Below, one piece after another: positions 37,084-46,838 of a stretch of 64,000 nt of DNA. Both the position numbers and the translations under genes were made by a program. How positions within the stretch are numbered: the first letter of the stretch is position 1; each line of letters starts with the position of its first letter. The notes below the pieces were generated by a model. It ran no database searches, was not told where the DNA came from, and was given only the letters and a program-made list of their open reading frames with translations. Source of the DNA: an uncultured Treponema sp. (GTDB taxonomy: Bacteria > Spirochaetota > Spirochaetia > Treponematales > Treponemataceae); the NCBI GenBank assembly GCA_946186185.1, contig CAMHMJ010000012.1, positions 4,220 through 68,219 of the forward strand, read 5' to 3'.

Positions 37084-38046
37084 ATGAATATGGAAGCATT
37101 TATTTTGGGCTGCGGCGGCATGATGCCGTTACCTTACAGACATTTAACCAGCGTACTTTTACGGCGTGAAGGTGATCTTTTTTTATTTGACGGCGGAGAA
37201 GGTACCCAGGTCAGTTTAAAACGACTGAATCTTAAATGGAAAAAAATAGATGCAATTTTTGTTTCCCATACCCATGCAGATCATGTTACGGGTCTTCCGG
37301 GAATTTTAATGCTGAATGCCCAGGTTGAACGAACGGAACCTCTTTATATTTACGGCCCGCCAAAAATTCAGGAATATATTGAAACAAGCCGCCGTGTACT
37401 TGATATGTATATCAACTATCCGATTATTGTAAAGGAAATTACAGCACCTTGCATTGTTCACGAGGGAGACGGCTTTTATGTACGGGCATTTCCTCTGGAA
37501 CATACTAAAACCTGTGTAGGTTACACCCTTGAAGAATTAGACAGACCGGGAGAGTTCAATCCGGAAAAAGCCCTGAGCCTGAAGGTTCCCATGGGGCCTT
37601 TGTGGGGAAAGCTTCAGAAGGGCCAGACGGTATTGTCTTCAGACGGGAATGAAGTTACCCCGGACATGGTTTTAGGAAAGACCCGCCCTGGAAGAAAATT
37701 CAGTTTTGTTACGGATACCATTTATAAACCTTCAATTGCAAAGGAAGTTCAGGGCTCTGATGTTCTTGTCTGCGAATGTATGTTTGAAGATGAGCTTATA
37801 GATCAGGCAAAAGAAAAAAAGCATATGACAGCAAGTCAGTGCGCCACAATTGCCAGGGATTCCGGTTCAAAAAGGATGTACATGATTCATTACAGTCCCC
37901 GTTATACAGACCGGGATTTAACAAAGCTTCTTGACCAGGCCCGGCTTATTTATCCGCATGCAGAGCTTTCCAGAGACAGACTTTGCATCAATATTCCCTT
38001 TGAGGATGAAGAAACCTCGGAAGAGACAACACCTGAAAATGATTAA
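37084..38046 (+). CDS. rnz: Ribonuclease Z (metallo-beta-lactamase fold tRNA 3' endonuclease)
   Basis: FILGCGGMMP, FLFDGGEGTQ and the HTHADHVTGLPGIL zinc motif, with the C-terminal HYSPRY motif. The track start is GTG 37075; I prefer ATG 37084. Confidence 0.88.
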   Translation: MNMEAFILGCGGMMPLPYRHLTSVLLRREGDLFLFDGGEGTQVSLKRLNLKWKKIDAIFVSHTHADHVTGLPGILMLNAQVERTEPLYIYGPPKIQEYIETSRRVLDMYINYPIIVKEITAPCIVHEGDGFYVRAFPLEHTKTCVGYTLEELDRPGEFNPEKALSLKVPMGPLWGKLQKGQTVLSSDGNEVTPDMVLGKTRPGRKFSFVTDTIYKPSIAKEVQGSDVLVCECMFEDELIDQAKEKKHMTASQCATIARDSGSKRMYMIHYSPRYTDRDLTKLLDQARLIYPHAELSRDRLCINIPFEDEETSEETTPEND

Positions 38047-38815
38047 AATATCCGGTTTTTCAAAAAAATATTCTTCCTCAAAAGAGTATTCCGTAAAAAA
38101 TGTGAATCTGACTGCAAGGCACGGGGTTACCGCCCTCATAGGACCTAACGGAGCCGGAAAATCAACGCTTTTAAAAGCCATTATGTCTCTTACTTTTCCA
38201 ACAGAAGGAAAAATTCAGCTAAGTTCTTCCGGTGACGAAAAGGATTTGTTTGATGTTTCAGAAAATGAAGCCAATGAAGCTGCCGGGAAAAAATGCTGCG
38301 GCTTTGTAAGCGAAAACTCCCTTCTTCCAAAAAGGAAAACTGTTTATGAACTCTTATCCGATACCCTCCGGCTTCACGCTTCAGAAAAGAGCAGGGAAGA
38401 GCAGCAAAAGCTTTTAAAAAAATATGTTTCTCTTTTAGAACTTGATGAGGTAATGGATAAAAAAATAAATACCCTTTCAAGGGGCTTTACCCAGCGCTCT
38501 TCCATTGCCAGCGCAATGATTTATGAGCCGGAAAACCTCATTTTAGACGAGGCTTTAAGCGGACTGGATCCATACCAGATTACAAGAATCCGGCCGGTGA
38601 TTTTAGAATACGCAAAAAAACATACGGTACTTTTTTCTTCCCACGTAATGCAGAATGTCAGCGCCCTTTCTGACAATATCTATATTCTAAATAAAGGCTC
38701 CATTGTTTTTGAAGGAAACCAGAAGGCTCTTTTTGATTTATCCGGAACAAAGGATCTGGAAGAAGCTTTCCTTTTCTGTCTGAAGGAAAATTCTGTAAAA
38801 GCGGGAGAGGTCTAA
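38039..38815 (+). CDS. ABC transporter ATP-binding protein
   Basis: Walker A GPNGAGKST, signature LSRGFTQR, Walker B LILDEALSGLD, H-loop FSSHVM. The start is ATG 38039, overlapping the rnz stop (ATGATTAA). The track ORF start at 37931 is an upstream read-through of the frame. Confidence 0.88.
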   Translation: MIKISGFSKKYSSSKEYSVKNVNLTARHGVTALIGPNGAGKSTLLKAIMSLTFPTEGKIQLSSSGDEKDLFDVSENEANEAAGKKCCGFVSENSLLPKRKTVYELLSDTLRLHASEKSREEQQKLLKKYVSLLELDEVMDKKINTLSRGFTQRSSIASAMIYEPENLILDEALSGLDPYQITRIRPVILEYAKKHTVLFSSHVMQNVSALSDNIYILNKGSIVFEGNQKALFDLSGTKDLEEAFLFCLKENSVKAGEV

Positions 38816-41176
38816 ATGCCTGAAAAAAAAGACAAAAACATAATGTCCAATAAAAATAACGGCTCCCTTCTTATTTTCCCGGAGCTTTTAAGGCAGAAGT
38901 TTTATTATATTTTTACTTCACCTTTATTTTACATTATTTCAATTTTTGAAAATCTATTGTGTTTTGCTTATTATTTTTCGGAAGGTAATTTCTTTTCCGG
39001 AACACAGAGCTATCCTTTGCTTTCCCTTTTTGCAGTTATTCCCCTGATTTCTTCCGTATGTATTCCAGTTTTTTCACTTTATCTCAGTGAAGACTTTGAT
39101 GAATATCTGCCTGTCTCTAAAACAACCTTTTTCATCTTTAAGTCCTTCTGTGAAACGCTTTTATACACAGTTTCACTGCTTCCGTTATTTCTGGTAACAT
39201 TTTCAACCGGCCTTTTTACATCAGTGGATTTTGCAGCCTTTCTAACAAGCTTTTTATTCATCATAGTTTACGCTTTATTATGTTCTTCAATCTGTATTTT
39301 CTTTGAAGCCCTGATTTCCAGAAAAATTACCCGGTTTTTCACTTCTTTTTCTGTATTACTGATCAACTTTTTTGCATCATCGGTAATCCAGAATATTTCT
39401 GAAAGCCCCTTAAAAAAACTTCTACAATTATTTTCCTTTTCCTGTCACTTTAATTCTGCCTCAAAAGGAATTTTTGATTCACGGGATTTTATATTCTTTA
39501 TAACGGCTTCTTTTGTATTTGTATTTATTGCTGTTCTGATTTTAAACAAAAAAAGAGGGAAACAAAGCTCTGGTAAAGAAAAAATAAAAAATATTCTGAT
39601 TTCTATTATTACGCTTTTAGTATTTTTAAATTCCAGCCGTTATTATTTCAGGCTTGATTTAACAAAAGAAAAAAATTACAGCCTTTCCAAATACACTAAA
39701 AACCTGATTTCAGAATGTGAGGATAACATCGAAATTACTTATTATAGAACTAAAGGTGTAGAAACTTATTATCCTTCAAGCCGGGAAATTCCCGATTTTC
39801 TGTACGAGTATAATTCCTTTTCAAATATAAAATTCGAAGTAAAAGATGCCGCTCTTTCCCAAAATCAGCAGGTTTTAAAGCGAAACGGTCTTGAACCAAA
39901 AAGCATTGAGAGAAGGGTAAACGGAAAAACCGAATACATCGATATTTATTCCGCAGTTTTTGTTGAATATCAGGGGGACACCAAGATAATTCCGTTTACA
40001 CTTACTTCAAAGAACCTGGAATACCTGATTGATGAAAAAATTGCTGACATGAACAGAATAAAAAAACGCACCCTTCTTATTGTTCCTTCCTATTCTGAAT
40101 GTTCAGAAGGTGCATACGAATATCTTGAAACCTTTCTTTCATCTGTAGGCTTTATTCCGTATATTTATAACTCTGGTGACGTTGCAGACTGGATTATAAA
40201 CCACAAAAAATATTCCGATTTAATGCTTGTCCTGGGGTCAGAAGACTTAAATTCCAAGGCAGTTGAAGAGATAGAAACCTTTCTTGAAGAGGGCTCCTCC
40301 TGTTTTTTTGCCGTTTCTCCCTATAAGAAAGATGCGGCTGTTTCCTGGTCGGTAGAAAAAATCAGTAACAGGAAGCTGCTTCAGTTACTAGAAACCTATG
40401 GCTTTAGGTTTTCTTCAGAAATTTTAAGCGATATTTCAAGCTCAAGAATTCTTATGGAAGACGATTCCGGGTATTCAAAGCTTTTAAACTATACACAATG
40501 GCCTTCAATTCTTCCACAGGAAGGTGTAAAAAACGGAATGACCTTATTCTGGCCCTGTGCCCTTGAGCTTCCGCCGGAAAAAACTGAGCCGTTGATTTTT
40601 ACCTCGGAATATACCTGGAGGGAAGAAAAACGGGGGAATGAAGCACAGGAACCCGGAAAAACCGGACATTTTAAAAGCGGAGAAGGAACAGCGGAACGGA
40701 CAGCAGATTCGGTTGCATTCAGTCTTTTTGAAACAAATCCTTTTGAACTGGAAAACAGAAAGATACCCGAAAAGACATCCATGAAAAAGGAATGCGTTGC
40801 CGCTCGCCACAGTGGAGAAGGTTACGGCTACTACAATCCTGGAGTTTTCCCGGATATAAGATTTACAGTTTTAAGCGACCAGAACTTTTTGGATTCTCTT
40901 CTTTTAGGCTATATTTCAACTTCCGGAGCCGATTTCAGAAACCTGGATTTTCTTGTTAAAGAGCTGCTTTATTTAAATGGTGAAAAAGAACTTTCAAAAA
41001 TGTATGAAAACTCAATAGACTATTTTTCACTTTTTCACAAAATTCCAGATGAAGAAACCTTTATAAAAACAAAGAAGGCCGTTTTAATTCTTCATTTTAT
41101 TGTTTTCCCTGTGGTTATGCTGGGGATTTTTACATTCATGATGATTCTTCGAAAAAGAAGGAAGTATACTGCATAA
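38816..41176 (+). CDS. ABC-2-type permease fused to a GldG-like extracytoplasmic domain
   Basis: N-terminal ~240 aa contain about 6 TM helices. They are followed by a region typical of GldG / ABC-type uncharacterised transport system proteins and a C-terminal TM anchor (LILHFIVFPVVMLGIFTFMMIL). It starts directly after the ATPase stop. Confidence 0.65.
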   Translation: MPEKKDKNIMSNKNNGSLLIFPELLRQKFYYIFTSPLFYIISIFENLLCFAYYFSEGNFFSGTQSYPLLSLFAVIPLISSVCIPVFSLYLSEDFDEYLPVSKTTFFIFKSFCETLLYTVSLLPLFLVTFSTGLFTSVDFAAFLTSFLFIIVYALLCSSICIFFEALISRKITRFFTSFSVLLINFFASSVIQNISESPLKKLLQLFSFSCHFNSASKGIFDSRDFIFFITASFVFVFIAVLILNKKRGKQSSGKEKIKNILISIITLLVFLNSSRYYFRLDLTKEKNYSLSKYTKNLISECEDNIEITYYRTKGVETYYPSSREIPDFLYEYNSFSNIKFEVKDAALSQNQQVLKRNGLEPKSIERRVNGKTEYIDIYSAVFVEYQGDTKIIPFTLTSKNLEYLIDEKIADMNRIKKRTLLIVPSYSECSEGAYEYLETFLSSVGFIPYIYNSGDVADWIINHKKYSDLMLVLGSEDLNSKAVEEIETFLEEGSSCFFAVSPYKKDAAVSWSVEKISNRKLLQLLETYGFRFSSEILSDISSSRILMEDDSGYSKLLNYTQWPSILPQEGVKNGMTLFWPCALELPPEKTEPLIFTSEYTWREEKRGNEAQEPGKTGHFKSGEGTAERTADSVAFSLFETNPFELENRKIPEKTSMKKECVAARHSGEGYGYYNPGVFPDIRFTVLSDQNFLDSLLLGYISTSGADFRNLDFLVKELLYLNGEKELSKMYENSIDYFSLFHKIPDEETFIKTKKAVLILHFIVFPVVMLGIFTFMMILRKRRKYTA

Positions 41177-42165
41177 TGAAAACATTCAGATTTTCAAACA
41201 GGGTTTTATTTTTTATATCTCTTTTTCTTTGTGTTTTATTTGCCCTTTCTTTTATTCCCGGATTTTCCACTGCCAGCAGAAAGAAAAATACAGGGAAAGC
41301 TTTTACTACGGCACTTTTGAATCCTGACAAGGCAGCTTCAGTTTCAACGCTGGAGTTACATCAGGGAGGAAAATCCATAGCCTTGAAAAAGAATACTGCC
41401 GGCATATGGACAGGGTGCGAATCAAATGAAGAGAGAACTGAAAATGATGAAAAATCCTTCTTCTGTGATGAGGACGAAATAAAAAATATAATTGGCAAAC
41501 TTAAAAATATTATTAAGTTGTATAAAATATCAGACAAAATACAAAATGAACAGCTCTATGGCTTAAATGAAAACCAAAGGCTTTGGGTTAAATATTCAAT
41601 TTTAGATGATGAAACCAGTTTTTTTATCGGAAATTTGGATTCCTCCGGAGGAAACTATTATATTTCCACCGCTGATAATATCTGGAAAACAAAGGCCCTG
41701 CTTTCAGAACTGAAAAAAATGAATGCCTCTGTGTATGTATCTCCGTACCTTTTTCCAAAATTTCAAAATAAAGAGCTTCAGTTAGTAAGCTGGAAAAAAA
41801 TCAAAAATATGTCCGGAGCCTCCTCAACCAATTCCGCGTATTCAGGTAATCCAGGGGCTTCTGATTATTCAGAGGGCCGTATGATTCCTTCTTCCTCAGA
41901 GGATTTTACAAAGCTTTTGTCTTTGCGCCACGGCCCATTGCTTTCTGATTACGATGCTTCTCCCGAAAATTCCACAGAAGAAAGTGCCCCTGAGTGCATT
42001 ATAAAACTGGAATATTCTGATTTTTATTTTGTAAACCTTTCTTTTTTCCGAATTGATGAAAAAAGCCTGTACATAAAAATTCAGAATGAAGATGTAAATT
42101 ATGCTGTCTCAGTTTCCGACTGGACCTATAAAAATCTCTGTAACTTGCTGGGATTAAACATATAA
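41176..42165 (+). CDS. Membrane-anchored accessory protein in the position usually occupied by DUF4340 proteins downstream of GldG-like genes
   Basis: TAATG overlap with the upstream gene and an N-terminal TM helix. The family assignment rests on position and architecture only. Confidence 0.4.
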   Translation: MKTFRFSNRVLFFISLFLCVLFALSFIPGFSTASRKKNTGKAFTTALLNPDKAASVSTLELHQGGKSIALKKNTAGIWTGCESNEERTENDEKSFFCDEDEIKNIIGKLKNIIKLYKISDKIQNEQLYGLNENQRLWVKYSILDDETSFFIGNLDSSGGNYYISTADNIWKTKALLSELKKMNASVYVSPYLFPKFQNKELQLVSWKKIKNMSGASSTNSAYSGNPGASDYSEGRMIPSSSEDFTKLLSLRHGPLLSDYDASPENSTEESAPECIIKLEYSDFYFVNLSFFRIDEKSLYIKIQNEDVNYAVSVSDWTYKNLCNLLGLNI

Positions 42166-42918
42166 AAAACACAGTAAAGAAAAAAAGTTATATATAATAT
42201 GAGCAAGAGACGTTACATAAATGTTCCTGCATTTACAAAAGCTCCATCTTAAAACACAGTGGGCAAAAAAGGCGTTTAAGACCGCAAAGAATCCCAGATA
42301 TCTGTGGGAAAAGGCAAAAATCAGGGCATAGACCGTTTCTGAAATCAAAAAAATTACAGGCACATTTTTTTGATCAACTGACAAAGAAGTGCTTTGTTCA
42401 GTGCCTTGAGCTGTTTCTGTCTGGCTTTCAGCTTTAACCGTCTTTTTCCGTTTTTTATCGATAAGTCTTATAAAATAGTTTCCCGATTCAGGTAAATAAA
42501 ACCTGTACAGAACTTCCTCGTTAAATCCCTGAAAAACAAAGCTTAAACAGAGGTAGACCCACTCAATTCCCTCCGGCGAAAGAACTTCCAGGGAGCCCCC
42601 TGAAGAAACCTTACCTGAAATCAGCTGAAGTATTGCCGAAATAAAAAGAAGGCTTCCAAAGGAAATCAGAAAACAGAATACGCCGGCGAAGGGCTGTTTC
42701 TTTTTAGAAGTATTTTCGTAACTTTCTTTAAAAATGTGTTTTCTAAAAATATAGAGTACAATAAAGACAAGAAAGGAGATTAAAGCCTGAAAAGGAAAAC
42801 TGAGCCTTGAAAACAGAACCCTTCCTTCATCATAGGGAACGGTAAGGGGAGGAATTATAAAAAATATGTAAATAAGAAGGCTTAAAAAAAGAATCTCTGG
42901 AAATCTAAGTCTATTCAT
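42154..42918 (-). CDS. CPBP-family (CAAX-type) intramembrane glutamic protease
   Basis: EEVLYRFYL (EExxxR), FAFSHRY (FxxxH) and HIIYNF (HxxxN) motifs in a polytopic membrane protein. Confidence 0.8.
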   Translation of the reverse strand: MNRLRFPEILFLSLLIYIFFIIPPLTVPYDEGRVLFSRLSFPFQALISFLVFIVLYIFRKHIFKESYENTSKKKQPFAGVFCFLISFGSLLFISAILQLISGKVSSGGSLEVLSPEGIEWVYLCLSFVFQGFNEEVLYRFYLPESGNYFIRLIDKKRKKTVKAESQTETAQGTEQSTSLSVDQKNVPVIFLISETVYALIFAFSHRYLGFFAVLNAFFAHCVLRWSFCKCRNIYVTSLAHIIYNFFSLLCFLYV

Positions 42919-42965
42919 TGGAAAATTTATATGCTATTATATGTAAAAGTGAGTTTAAAGTTAAT

Positions 42966-44207
42966 ATGTATGTTCTGACTGCCATATTTATTCTTACTGC
43001 AATTGCGATTGTCTCATCCTGGATTTATGTAAAAAATAAGGAAAAAATTCAATTCTTCATAGAAGGAATGGATCAGGGCTTTCACACCTGGGAAATTTCA
43101 ACCCTGTGGCAGGTTGTTCAGGTATGCGACCTTGAAGAAGCAACCTCTCTGTTCTGGAGTCTTCCTTCCTTAACAAAATGTATCTCTCAGATAAAAACTC
43201 ACGCTGATACGGGTGGTTCTGCCAATACCCAGAAAATGAAAAGCCTTTTAACGAAACTCTATGAATACCGCACAAAAATCGAAAAAGATGCGGATAAAAA
43301 GCGGGGACTTGAATCTACCCGGTCTCTTTCAGCAGGACAGAAGCTGCGTATTATTCTTCCGGGAAAGGGAGTTTTTTCTTCGGAAATTACCAATAACGGC
43401 AGGGACATTACTATTCTTCTTCCGACCCAGAACGGACAGATTACGGTAGAAGGAAAGGCCTGGCTGAATCAGACAGTAAATGTATATCTCTGGCGGAACG
43501 GGGATGCCCGGTATGTATTTGACACCACGGTTTTAAGCGAGGGGCTTTTCTTAGGTCATCCGTCCCTTCATCTGCAGCACACAACAAATTTAATCCGAAC
43601 ACAGAAGAGGAACGCCGTAAGGGCAAAGTGCCATTTAAATGCGGAGCTTTACATCCTAAAGGAAGATGATAAAAATTATGACAAGGTTGAAACCAAGCCC
43701 GGCTACCGCTGTATCATTGAGGATATATCTTCCAAGGGCGCCCTTATCAGAATCGGCGGAAAGGGCGTTCCCAACGTTCACCTCAGGCTTCAGTTCCAGC
43801 TGGATAACCGGCTTGTGATAATGTTCGGCATCGTGCGTACCGTCGAATTCAACGAAGAAATTTCCCAGTCCCGTCTTCATTTTGAATGCATTCACATAGA
43901 CAATGACATGAAGAATAATATTTTAAGCTATGTATACAATATTCTTCCTCAGAATGAAAAGGAAATTTATGAGGCCATGACCTATACTGATGAGGACGAA
44001 AAGAAGGATTCTACCTTTGAGCAGGCCCGTATGTCCGAAAGAATTTCGGAGCAGGTTACTGACGGAATTAAGGTTTATTCAGCAGAAGAAGGCGGGGAAA
44101 AGCCTGAAGAAGATGATATCAAGACGACAGATGAAAATATAGAAGCAATAACCGTTGAAAATAAGAATCTGGAAGCGGAAACCGGAGTTATGGATACGGT
44201 TTTCTGA
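42966..44207 (+). CDS. Membrane-anchored PilZ-domain c-di-GMP receptor protein
   Basis: QKRNAVRAK (RxxxR) and IEDISSKGALIRIGG (DxSxxG) PilZ motifs, an N-terminal TM helix and an acidic C-terminal tail. The start is set at ATG 42966. The track uses TTG 42918, which would abut the divergent gene. Confidence 0.75.
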   Translation: MYVLTAIFILTAIAIVSSWIYVKNKEKIQFFIEGMDQGFHTWEISTLWQVVQVCDLEEATSLFWSLPSLTKCISQIKTHADTGGSANTQKMKSLLTKLYEYRTKIEKDADKKRGLESTRSLSAGQKLRIILPGKGVFSSEITNNGRDITILLPTQNGQITVEGKAWLNQTVNVYLWRNGDARYVFDTTVLSEGLFLGHPSLHLQHTTNLIRTQKRNAVRAKCHLNAELYILKEDDKNYDKVETKPGYRCIIEDISSKGALIRIGGKGVPNVHLRLQFQLDNRLVIMFGIVRTVEFNEEISQSRLHFECIHIDNDMKNNILSYVYNILPQNEKEIYEAMTYTDEDEKKDSTFEQARMSERISEQVTDGIKVYSAEEGGEKPEEDDIKTTDENIEAITVENKNLEAETGVMDTVF

Positions 44208-44262
44208 TGCTTTAGCGGCTTGCCTGCTGCACACCGTATTTTAGCACCGGATAGGAGGTCTT

Positions 44263-45459
44263 ATGATTTTTGAAATTATGAAAAAACAATATATTTTTTT
44301 AACACTCATTTTAGTTTCTTCTTTCTGCTTTGCAGAAGGCTCGTTAAACCAGAAAAAATTCGTAAGCGGAAATATTCAGGACAAAACCCAGTGCGTGCGA
44401 TCTGCCTCCGGGGAGGAAGCCGTTCTTCTTTCTAAGCTTGCCCTGGATTTTGCAATTTCCAGCAAGGAAGTTTTAGGAAATGACCGGGATCTGGATGCCC
44501 TTGCAGTTTCTGGAATTCTTTCCATCCCTCAGGATTACCTTAATTCTTCACAAGAGACTGAGACAAAAGCAATTTATGACCGTTTTTATAAAATATACAA
44601 TCTGTTTTCCGACACTAACGTAAAAATTGCAGTTCTAAACCGGCTTACGGTTTTTAAGACTCAGGATACAAGGTTCCCGGAACTTTTGAATTCCTACTTA
44701 AAAAGAGCCGTTGTTTCTACGGAAAAAGATTCTCTTTCAAAAGCCGTAATTTCAACCCTGGGCTATATCGGAAACAAGGATTCCTTTGTAATTCTTTATC
44801 TCCTTTACGGAGACTCTGTCTGGGCTCAGTATAAAGAGGAGCTGAAAAAATCCGTTACCCAGCTTCTTGAAAAATCAATTCCTCAGGCAATTTCCATAAT
44901 TCAGACAGGAAATGCTGCAGAATGCCAGAATATATTTGATTTGACTGTAAAAAATGAAAAATTTCCTAAAAAAGTTTATGCAGAAATATCAGAAAATGTA
45001 TTGTCCAGGACTATAATATTATATGAGAATTCTTTAAAAGAAGAAGGTCTTGAACAGCTTCAGTACAATGCATTTTCTGTACTTGCAAAACTTGAATGGA
45101 CAAGAAGCGCAAAAATTGCAATGAAATATTTTTCAATTGCAAAAAAGCAGTATGAAAGAGGAGAGCTTTCAGAAGCTCAGTACACGGAGGTCATTAAAAA
45201 ACTTCCTGTAATAGATCCTGTTGATTCTGTTGGCGTTTACTGTTCCTGCATAAATGAATTTAATCAGACCGCAGAAAAAGCAATTTCTGATTCATCCGTT
45301 TCCCTTCCTTCTGACAAGGTAATTCTCGCATTTATTTCTGCATTGGGAGCCATCGGTGATAAGAACGCTTTTGATACATTACTTGCAATCACATATTACT
45401 CATATCCTGAAAATGTTATTACCCAGGCTCGCGATGCTCTTGCGAGCTTGAAATGGTAA
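44263..45459 (+). CDS. Hypothetical secreted helical-repeat (HEAT-like) protein
   Basis: AGGAGG RBS, signal peptide (IFLTLILVSSFCFAEG), and repeated helical segments ending in LGxIGDKxxF-type HEAT-like motifs (LGYIGNKDSF, LGAIGDKNAF). Confidence 0.6.
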   Translation: MIFEIMKKQYIFLTLILVSSFCFAEGSLNQKKFVSGNIQDKTQCVRSASGEEAVLLSKLALDFAISSKEVLGNDRDLDALAVSGILSIPQDYLNSSQETETKAIYDRFYKIYNLFSDTNVKIAVLNRLTVFKTQDTRFPELLNSYLKRAVVSTEKDSLSKAVISTLGYIGNKDSFVILYLLYGDSVWAQYKEELKKSVTQLLEKSIPQAISIIQTGNAAECQNIFDLTVKNEKFPKKVYAEISENVLSRTIILYENSLKEEGLEQLQYNAFSVLAKLEWTRSAKIAMKYFSIAKKQYERGELSEAQYTEVIKKLPVIDPVDSVGVYCSCINEFNQTAEKAISDSSVSLPSDKVILAFISALGAIGDKNAFDTLLAITYYSYPENVITQARDALASLKW

Positions 45460-46832
45460 AAAGAATAGATTCAGTTTCCCGGTGGAGAAAAAAACTTCTC
45501 TCATTAAAAAAGAGCACAAAGGATCCCGTAATTCTTTGTGCTTTTATCCTCTGCGTTCTTATATATTCAAATCTTTTTCCTGTCCGTAAACAGCAGCATC
45601 TTACGACCCTGTGTCCTTTGGACTCAATTTCATCAATTTACGGTGTGGTTTATTCAAATCCGGTGAAAAATACTAAAAATAAGAGTTACAGCTTTGTTCT
45701 GAAGGCTGAAAAGGTCTGCGGAATAAAAGACGCAGAAAGCTCAAGGAGGTTCGGTTCCGGATATTCTGAATCTTTAGGGGATTCTGCACACTCAATGTTT
45801 TCATTTCCTTCAGAATATTCTGCTTCCGGAAATGTAGATGTAATTGTTCCGGAAGAAATTGCGGAAGCCTATTTTCCCGGAAAGCTTTATTCTGTAAGCA
45901 AAGGCTCTGCCGTAATTTTTGAACAGGGCTCCCAAATAAAAATAGACGGAAGAATGAACGCCAGAGGATATTTTGTGGCAAACAAAGGCCTTCAGCTTCC
46001 CTGGGAAAACACACCCCTGTCAAAATTACAAAAAATACGTGCCTTTTCTCGTCTTTCCTTCAGAAAAATGATGTACGGCTGGAATAAAGCAGGGGGACTT
46101 TTTCTTGCGCTCATTTCCGGGATGAGGGAATATACGGATGAAAAACTGAAGGATGCCTTCAAGGATGCAGGTTTAAGTCATATTCTTGCGCTTTCCGGAA
46201 TGCATTTGTCGCTTTTTTCAGGAATTTCAAAAAATATGTTTTCAAAAAAACTGCCGGAAAAGCTTTCCCTAATCTTCCAGTTTATTTTTATAAGTATTTT
46301 TGTGTGGTTCGCAGGCTTTTCTCCTTCCTTATTCCGGGCTTTTATTTCAAGTACAATTGTGATAATTTTTTCATTCCTGAATATAAAAAAGCCCTCGGTT
46401 TTAAATATTTTAAGCCTTACTTTTTTAATTCATACGGTAATTTTTCCGGAGGATTTATTTTCCCTTTCCTTTATTTTTTCCTACGGAGCAATGCTTGGAA
46501 TCACCATTTTTTCCGATTTCTTTACGGTTCTTCAAACAAAAAATATTCCCTTTTCCATTGCCCAGGGGCTTGGGGGAAGCCTGGGAGCCCAGAGCATTAC
46601 CTGTCCTGTTACCTTAAAAGCCCTTAAAACTTTTTCTCCCGGGGGAATCATTTCAACGCTTTTTGTTTCACCCCTTATTACGATTTTCATTTATTCAGGG
46701 CTGATTTTATTTATTTTAACGCTGATTTTTCCTTTTTTCTCCGGATATAGTGCATTTTTAATGAATATTCTATATACTGTGATTGAAAAAATCGTAGTAT
46801 TTTTTTCAAGACTTCCCAAGATTCAAGTTTAA
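45453..46832 (+). CDS. comEC: ComEC/Rec2-family DNA internalisation channel protein (no C-terminal metallo-beta-lactamase domain)
   Basis: N-terminal OB-like DUF4131-type region, then the competence domain with GLSHILALSGMHLSLFSG and multiple TM helices. ATGGTAA overlap with the upstream gene. Confidence 0.8.
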   Translation: MVKRIDSVSRWRKKLLSLKKSTKDPVILCAFILCVLIYSNLFPVRKQQHLTTLCPLDSISSIYGVVYSNPVKNTKNKSYSFVLKAEKVCGIKDAESSRRFGSGYSESLGDSAHSMFSFPSEYSASGNVDVIVPEEIAEAYFPGKLYSVSKGSAVIFEQGSQIKIDGRMNARGYFVANKGLQLPWENTPLSKLQKIRAFSRLSFRKMMYGWNKAGGLFLALISGMREYTDEKLKDAFKDAGLSHILALSGMHLSLFSGISKNMFSKKLPEKLSLIFQFIFISIFVWFAGFSPSLFRAFISSTIVIIFSFLNIKKPSVLNILSLTFLIHTVIFPEDLFSLSFIFSYGAMLGITIFSDFFTVLQTKNIPFSIAQGLGGSLGAQSITCPVTLKALKTFSPGGIISTLFVSPLITIFIYSGLILFILTLIFPFFSGYSAFLMNILYTVIEKIVVFFSRLPKIQV

Positions 46833-46838
46833 GGCGGT

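Noticed and set aside
37931-38038. Upstream 36-codon extension of the ABC ATPase ORF, overlapping the end of rnz
   Set aside because: This is frame read-through inside rnz. The conserved ABC N-terminus begins at MIKISGF (ATG 38039), which forms an ATGATTAA overlap with the rnz stop.
45673-46023. 116-aa minus-strand ORF
   Set aside because: It is antisense within comEC and has no motifs.
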